64,000 nt of DNA from NCBI GenBank assembly GCA_963790205.1, contig CAWBNQ010000003.1, positions 224,001 to 288,000 of the forward strand. The letters are read 5' to 3'. How positions within the stretch are numbered: position 1 is the stretch's first letter; every line of letters starts with the position of its first letter. Below the pieces are notes generated by a model, which was given only the letters and a program-made list of their open reading frames with translations, was not told the DNA's origin and made no database searches. Of this stretch, positions 58,704 to 64,000 are shown in pieces. The DNA comes from Nitrospirota bacterium. GTDB lineage: Bacteria; Nitrospirota; UBA9217. The translations under genes were made by a program, and so were the position numbers.

Positions 58704-59561
58704 CTACGAGGTTTGTGGAGGATTTAAGAAGGGGCCTAAGTCCAGAGGGCTCACGATCTTTGAGAGGTTCTTTTTGCTCACGTGGAGATAAATAGTGGTC
58801 GTTCTCACCGACGCATGGCCGAGCAGAAGCTGAATATAGTGCAGATCAGCTCCCGACTCCAGCAGGTGTGTGGCGAAGCTATGCCGAAGCGTGTGACAAC
58901 TTGCCGGCTTCGTGATGCCGGCTTTTTTCTTCGCGCGTTTGAACGCCTCTTGGACGGTGCTAATGGAAATGTAGTTTTCAGGCTTTTCTCCCGGAAAGAG
59001 CCAATGCGTCGGTCTATATTCTTTCCAGTATTCCCGAAGCGCTTCCAGCGCTACCTGGGATAAAAGGGTATACCGGTCTTTTTTGCCTTTGCCCTGGTCC
59101 ACGCGTATCAGCATACGGCTGCTGTCGATGTCCGTGATCTTGAGCCGGGCGGTCTCGCTCGCCCGGAGCCCTGCCGAGTAGGTCACCATCAGCATCACGC
59201 GCTGCTTCAGGCTGGGAGTGGCTTCGAACATGGCCTGTACCTCCTCCCGTTCGAGAACGATAGGAAGTGTCTTGGTCGTCTTCGGATAGGGAATCTTGTC
59301 CATCACCCAACCTTTGCCCAGCGTCGTTTCATAGAGGAACCGCAGCGCGCTGTAAGTTATCTTCAGGGTGGATAGCGATACCTTCTTATCCCGGACGAGG
59401 TAAAGCAGATACGCTTTGACATCGCCGTCTTCCAAAAGGTCGGGCGGTTTTTTAAAATGGCGTTCCATATCGCGCGCCGCCCGGTGATACAATGATTGCG
59501 TCTTCGGGGCTAATCCTCGAAGCACCATGTCGCCCTGCATCTGTTCTTTGAACGTTTCCAT
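58704..59561 (-). CDS. Tyrosine recombinase (N-terminal SAM-like domain)
   Basis: YSAGLRASE (R), GKGKKDR (K), HTLRHSFATHLLE, LLGH...TTIY. Confidence 0.95.
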   Translation of the reverse strand: METFKEQMQGDMVLRGLAPKTQSLYHRAARDMERHFKKPPDLLEDGDVKAYLLYLVRDKKVSLSTLKITYSALRFLYETTLGKGWVMDKIPYPKTTKTLPIVLEREEVQAMFEATPSLKQRVMLMVTYSAGLRASETARLKITDIDSSRMLIRVDQGKGKKDRYTLLSQVALEALREYWKEYRPTHWLFPGEKPENYISISTVQEAFKRAKKKAGITKPASCHTLRHSFATHLLESGADLHYIQLLLGHASVRTTTIYLHVSKKNLSKIVSPLDLGPFLNPPQTS

Positions 59562-59975
59562 TGCATAATCTCCTTCCGTTGAATCGAAATTCCAACGGCA
59601 TGACGCCGATGGTGATGCGAAAGAAGATTGTAGAACGGTCAGGATTATGAAGCAAGGAGCGAGACGAAGAAAATCTATCGAGATATGCGGGGATGAATTG
59701 TAGAGAGACTTATTGGAATGCGAATAACACCGCCGCGCAGCGGCTTAGTTCAACCGGCATTTGGAGCTTTTCCAGGGGATATCAAAATCTGTAAAGTTTC
59801 GGGAAAAAGCCAATGTGGAGCAAGATAGACAGATTAAGCTGTCAAATTATTCAAGTGGTTAATGCGCCGAACGCGTCAATAAGGAGCTTAATCATCTGTT
59901 TTTAAAGGTTTTAATTTTATTGACAACAGTTAGCTATTAGATTAACTTGTACCAGTCTTTTAAAGGAGAATACTA

Positions 59976-62900
59976 ATGTCGTACTTAAAAAAATTGAAGT
60001 ATACCGTGTTGTTATCAGCACTTATGATGACCGGACTTATGTCTTTTGTTGTCACCTCGGCTGTCGCGGACCCTCTGGCTGACGCGCTCGACAATCCCGT
60101 TCAGACGGACGGCGTGACGCCTCTGGCGTTTACCCCGGCCGGGGCCGCGCCCTGGTCCGCGGTGACTGCGACGCTGTACAACGGCGGTTCCGGCACTGTT
60201 GCCCAGAGCGGCGCCATCGGCGGAGGGGCGTATTCCTCGATCACGACGACCGTGACCGGGCCGGCCTCCCTCTCGTTCTATCAGAAGGTGTCCTCGCAGC
60301 TCACCTATGACAAATTGACCTTCTCCCTCGACGGCTCGGTAAAGAGCACGATCAGCGGCTCGGTCAACTGGCAGCAGAAGCTCTTTACGCTTCCGACCGG
60401 GACCCATACGCTCGTCTGGAAATACGCCAAGAATCTCACGATAAACGGAGGCAGCGACGCTGCCTGGCTCGACAAGGTCGTGGTGAGCCCGAATACGGCG
60501 CTCAAGGTCACGTACCCCAACGGAGGGGAGAACCTGATAGCCGGCGCCCCGGTAAACATCACGTGGAACGCCCCCGCTGCCGCCGAGAAATACGATCTGT
60601 ACTTCACGACGAACAACGGCACGACCTGGACGTCCATTGCAAGCAATTATACCGGCCCGGGTTTTATGGGCATCACGTATCCCTGGACCTGGCCGGTGCC
60701 GAAGAGCAACATGACCGCCTGCAAGGTAAAAGTTGTCGCGAAAAATAACGCAGGCGTCGTCGTGGGAACCGATATGTCGGACAAGGTCTTTGCCGTCAAC
60801 AACGTCCGGCTGACCTCCCCGAACGGCAGCAATGTCCTCGCGGCAGGCGGCTCGTTTGACATCACCTGGGACTCGACCGCCACGGCGACAAGCTTCAATC
60901 TTTACTACACCCTGAACAACGGAACAACGTGGACCTCTCTTGCGACGAATGCGACCGGCACCGACCATATGTGGTCGCCGCTGCCCGTGCCTCCCGCGGG
61001 CAATATGACCGCGTGCAAGGTGAAGATCGTCGCCTACAATGGTTCCAGCATGATCGGCACGGACATCTCCGATGCGCCCTTTACCATGCAAGTGCTCAAG
61101 GTGACCGCGCCGAACGGCGGAGAGCTCATGAGCGCCAAGACCGGCACGTACACGATCGGGTTTCTCGTTTCCGGTTTGACCAACACTTCCGCGAGCGCGA
61201 CCGTCTCGTACACCATCAACGGCGGCTCTTCCTGGCCCGTGATCGGCATAATCTCGGGCGGCAGCGCCATTACCCCCGGAACGTACACGTGGGATTGGCA
61301 AGTGCCTGCCGTATCCGCTGTCAAGAACGCCAAGGTAAAGGTCGTGATCAAGAGCAAATCCGGCGTTGTGCTCGCCACGGACACGAGCGACGCCAATTTC
61401 ACGATCCTTCCCGTTTTCACCATCTCCGGCACGGTGAGCGGAGCAACCGTCACCAGCGTCACCATGACGCTGGGCGGAGACGACAGCAACACAACCACGA
61501 CCGACTCCCTTGGGAAATACTCCTTTAAGACGCTTCTCAAAGGGAACTACACAATATCTGCCGCCAAGGCCGGCTATTACTTCAATCCCGCGAGCACGGC
61601 CCTGGCCGTCACGACGGCGAACATCACGACCGCGAACTTCAAAGCCACGGTGTCCTTGAACCCCACCTACACCCTTTCCGGCACGGTGAGCGGAGCAACC
61701 GTTACCGGCGTGACCGTGACCCTGGCCGGCACGGTGAGCGGCAGCGTCCAGACCGCCGTGGACGGAACATACTCCTTCACAAACCTGCCTGCGGGCAATT
61801 ACAACGTGACGCCGGGCAAGACGGGGTACACGTTCGGCCCCCTGAGCAGAGGAGTTATTCTGAGCGCCGCCGATGCCCCCGGAGTCGATTTCGCGGCATT
61901 GCCGAGCGCCGGCGCCACTTACAGCATCTCGGGCAAGGCGACCTATAACGGGGCCGGCATCTCCGGCGCAACGATCACGATGATCGGTGATGCCAACGCC
62001 ACGGTCCTTACCGACGCGGGCGGAAATTATATTGTCAAGGGGCTCAAGAACGGCTCCTACACCCTCACGCCGAGCAGCGCACTGGCATACGATTTTTCGC
62101 CGGCAAGCGTTACGAAGAAAGTAAGCGGCGGGAGCCTCACGGGCGTCAATTTTACCGGCCTGGGCCCGGTCCTGGGAGTCTTGATCACGTCTCCAAAGGC
62201 GCCGCCCCTTGCGTCATTCACGCAGAACATACCCTCCAACGACCATACCGGCCCATATGATGAAATATTCCCGGGCATGGCGAACCTCTGGTCCCTTGAC
62301 ATGGATTTCAGCCTCGTGAACGGTTTTGATAACCAGTTTTATTATGCCGAGGAACTGGGCGTCGGGGGAATTTTCACCAGTGTCGCGTCCGGGATTTCAA
62401 ACTTCGATACCAGCGGCGCTGGAGACAGCGGCGGGGGAAACCTTTTCCCCATAGACCAGATGTTCGGCGATCCTACAAATAATTTTAACTGTTATGACCC
62501 GTCTGACTGTTCTCCTCCCACGTTCTATACGCCGGTCATGGGGGCAGCGGACGGCGTTAAGATTGCGACGGTATCGGACGGCGCATCAATGGCAGGGTCG
62601 CTTCCCACCGGGCTTTTGTCGACGTCGGTGACGGGAACGTATGCGGCGTTCCTTAATGCAACGACCGACTCGCGCTTGCAGACTACGCTGGACCTGACCT
62701 CGCTTCCGACAGGGTCGGCAATCAATATCTCCTGGGGTAATTCCGTATTTTTGCAGATGGACCTGCTGCAGCCCCTGCCCCCGTCCTACACCCCGAGCTA
62801 CCAGGTTGTTTTGCGGAACATGGACGGGAGCTTGCTGAAGACCTTGTATAACAACCCGCCTGTAGGCTTGCATGATAATAAGGGGCCAATAACTGTTTAT

Positions 62901-63773
62901 GATTCCCCAACGTATCCGTTAGCGGGGAAAAAGGTCATCCTTTCTTTTGAGATGAACAGTTCGAACTTCCCCTATGGCCAGACCGTCGGCACAAACCCTT
63001 TCCCCAGCCAGGCGTACGCGATCATCGATAACGTATCCGTCCTTAAGTACGGCACTACTTATGAGTATGTGACCAACGGCGATTTCGAGACCGGAGACCT
63101 GACCGGATGGACCACGAACACGCCGGCGGAGGTGCAGAACATCACCTCGGGCGCGAGGTCCATTCCCGTAGGAACGGGAACGGATAAGCTTACGGTCAAG
63201 CGGTCCTTCTATACCGTGCCGAACAAGCTCTGGGGCAGGTGGGTGGACGTGATCTCGAACCCTACCGGCCACTCAATCACCACGACCGTTTCCTATGAAT
63301 CCGACCTGGAATCCTCCGGCGCGGGAGTCATCTACGACCCCGTGTCCTACAGCACCAGCACAACGCCGGCGCCCCATGCCCTCACCTCATGGGATTCCTC
63401 CTATTTCCTGTGCGGCGGTGTCCCGGGTTGTGACGGGACCCGCGATGTCGGCCTGGTATTCGGGAACGCAGCCACCGTGGATTTTTCATCGGAAACGGCT
63501 AATGGAATGTATAATGATATCGCTGACGGCAGCGAATACATCGATGTCACCTACAACATTACCGTGCCGGCGTACGGCAGGGTCGCGATCGTCAACTTCG
63601 TTCTTATGGACGGCACGGACACGGGCGTGGCCGCAACGGACACAACATTTCTGGCGTCGCAAATCGATGACGAGGCAAAGAACATCTTGAACAACTTTTG
63701 GACCGATCCCCAGTACCGGGACGGGATGACGACGCAGCAGATCAATGCGATTTGGAATTTCCCCCGGCCATAG
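59976..63773 (+). CDS. Large secreted Ser/Thr-rich surface protein (Ig-like and carboxypeptidase-regulatory-like repeats)
   Basis: SD AAAGGAG; signal peptide; three xPNGGE-type Ig repeats; three (I/L)SG(T/K)...GxYxF repeats; VTNGDFETGDLTGW; unassigned C-terminal domain. Confidence 0.88.
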   Translation: MSYLKKLKYTVLLSALMMTGLMSFVVTSAVADPLADALDNPVQTDGVTPLAFTPAGAAPWSAVTATLYNGGSGTVAQSGAIGGGAYSSITTTVTGPASLSFYQKVSSQLTYDKLTFSLDGSVKSTISGSVNWQQKLFTLPTGTHTLVWKYAKNLTINGGSDAAWLDKVVVSPNTALKVTYPNGGENLIAGAPVNITWNAPAAAEKYDLYFTTNNGTTWTSIASNYTGPGFMGITYPWTWPVPKSNMTACKVKVVAKNNAGVVVGTDMSDKVFAVNNVRLTSPNGSNVLAAGGSFDITWDSTATATSFNLYYTLNNGTTWTSLATNATGTDHMWSPLPVPPAGNMTACKVKIVAYNGSSMIGTDISDAPFTMQVLKVTAPNGGELMSAKTGTYTIGFLVSGLTNTSASATVSYTINGGSSWPVIGIISGGSAITPGTYTWDWQVPAVSAVKNAKVKVVIKSKSGVVLATDTSDANFTILPVFTISGTVSGATVTSVTMTLGGDDSNTTTTDSLGKYSFKTLLKGNYTISAAKAGYYFNPASTALAVTTANITTANFKATVSLNPTYTLSGTVSGATVTGVTVTLAGTVSGSVQTAVDGTYSFTNLPAGNYNVTPGKTGYTFGPLSRGVILSAADAPGVDFAALPSAGATYSISGKATYNGAGISGATITMIGDANATVLTDAGGNYIVKGLKNGSYTLTPSSALAYDFSPASVTKKVSGGSLTGVNFTGLGPVLGVLITSPKAPPLASFTQNIPSNDHTGPYDEIFPGMANLWSLDMDFSLVNGFDNQFYYAEELGVGGIFTSVASGISNFDTSGAGDSGGGNLFPIDQMFGDPTNNFNCYDPSDCSPPTFYTPVMGAADGVKIATVSDGASMAGSLPTGLLSTSVTGTYAAFLNATTDSRLQTTLDLTSLPTGSAINISWGNSVFLQMDLLQPLPPSYTPSYQVVLRNMDGSLLKTLYNNPPVGLHDNKGPITVYDSPTYPLAGKKVILSFEMNSSNFPYGQTVGTNPFPSQAYAIIDNVSVLKYGTTYEYVTNGDFETGDLTGWTTNTPAEVQNITSGARSIPVGTGTDKLTVKRSFYTVPNKLWGRWVDVISNPTGHSITTTVSYESDLESSGAGVIYDPVSYSTSTTPAPHALTSWDSSYFLCGGVPGCDGTRDVGLVFGNAATVDFSSETANGMYNDIADGSEYIDVTYNITVPAYGRVAIVNFVLMDGTDTGVAATDTTFLASQIDDEAKNILNNFWTDPQYRDGMTTQQINAIWNFPRP

Positions 63774-63795
63774 CCTTGATGCTTGCTTCGTCCGC

Positions 63796-63835
63796 GATGA
63801 CGACGCAGCAGGTCAATGCAATCAGGAATTTCTGA
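63796..63835 (+). repeat. Duplicate of the gene's 3' end (37 nt, 4 mismatches to 63725-63761)
   Basis: Reads MTTQQVNAIRNF* versus MTTQQINAIWNF in the gene. Confidence 0.85.
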
Positions 63836-63881
63836 TGTATAGTGCACGGGTAAATCTTTATCCGTTATAGCGAGCGAAGTG

Positions 63882-63920
63882 AAGCGGTCCCGCGGGAAAA
63901 GCGGGGCCGCTTTGTTGTTT
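63882..63920 (+). terminator. Rho-independent terminator
   Basis: AAGCGGTCCCGC/GCGGGGCCGCTT stem followed by TGTTGTTT. Confidence 0.7.
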
Positions 63921-64000
63921 GCAGCAGGCCATCCCGCCCAATTCGCAGAGGTCTGACCTGACCAAACCGGCTTCTCAAGCCCCGCGGCCTTCGCTGAAAG

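Larger units (their letters stand above)
57182..59753 (-). mobile_element. Tyrosine recombinase + IS91-like transposase element
   Basis: Two co-oriented genes; 23-bp inverted repeats (57224-57246 and 59732-59754, 19/23 match); 13-bp hairpin at 57189-57221. Exact ends are inferred. Confidence 0.8.

Noticed and set aside
58704..59561. Integron integrase IntI
   Set aside because: 285 aa and lacks the IntI-specific insertion before box II; paired with an IS91-like transposase and far from the attC-like sites.
63725..63835. Diversity-generating retroelement VR/TR pair
   Set aside because: Only 37 nt; the mismatches (A/G, G/A, T/C, T/A) are not confined to template adenines; no reverse transcriptase in the window.

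Overview
A 64-kb chromosomal window from a moderately GC-rich Gram-negative bacterium; gene content suggests Nitrospirota or a Geobacter-like lineage (inference only). Left to right: (1) 1-2986, the AT-rich end of a genomic island: an IS481-like element cutting into an N4/N6 DNA methyltransferase, a hypothetical gene and a tRNA-Leu 3'-end att site. (2) Housekeeping genes: bamD, precorrin-2 dehydrogenase, a DUF4388-DnaJ-TPR protein, an acyl-CoA dehydratase activase, csp, two sigma54-controlled small membrane proteins, a complete ISL3 with an 8-bp TSD, and a DEAD-box helicase with a long structured leader. (3) 15.7-23.2 kb, a defence-like islet: orphan Phd antitoxin, AEP primase-SF2 helicase, PIN TA pair, TPR protein, MauJ/HEPN-like protein, degenerate attC-like sites, a dif-like 28-mer and a hairpin-motif-rich tract. 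(4) tsaD, a YibQ-like deacetylase and DAHP synthase. (5) 26.5-45 kb, a glycosylation locus with a TMTC-like GT-C/TPR transferase, several internally deleted relics, GT2/GT4 enzymes, flippase, GalE and a radical SAM protein. (6) A Geobacter Pul/Oxp-like type II secretion operon and an NtrC-family activator. (7) A sigma54 promoter separated from a 1265-aa secreted Ig-repeat protein gene by a 2.57-kb tyrosine-recombinase + IS91-like HUH transposase element whose ends would fold into an attC-like hairpin when circularised. Items 7, 5 and 3 are the best candidates for an undescribed system. Several +1 frameshifts may be assembly errors. All family calls come from motif recognition, not database searches.
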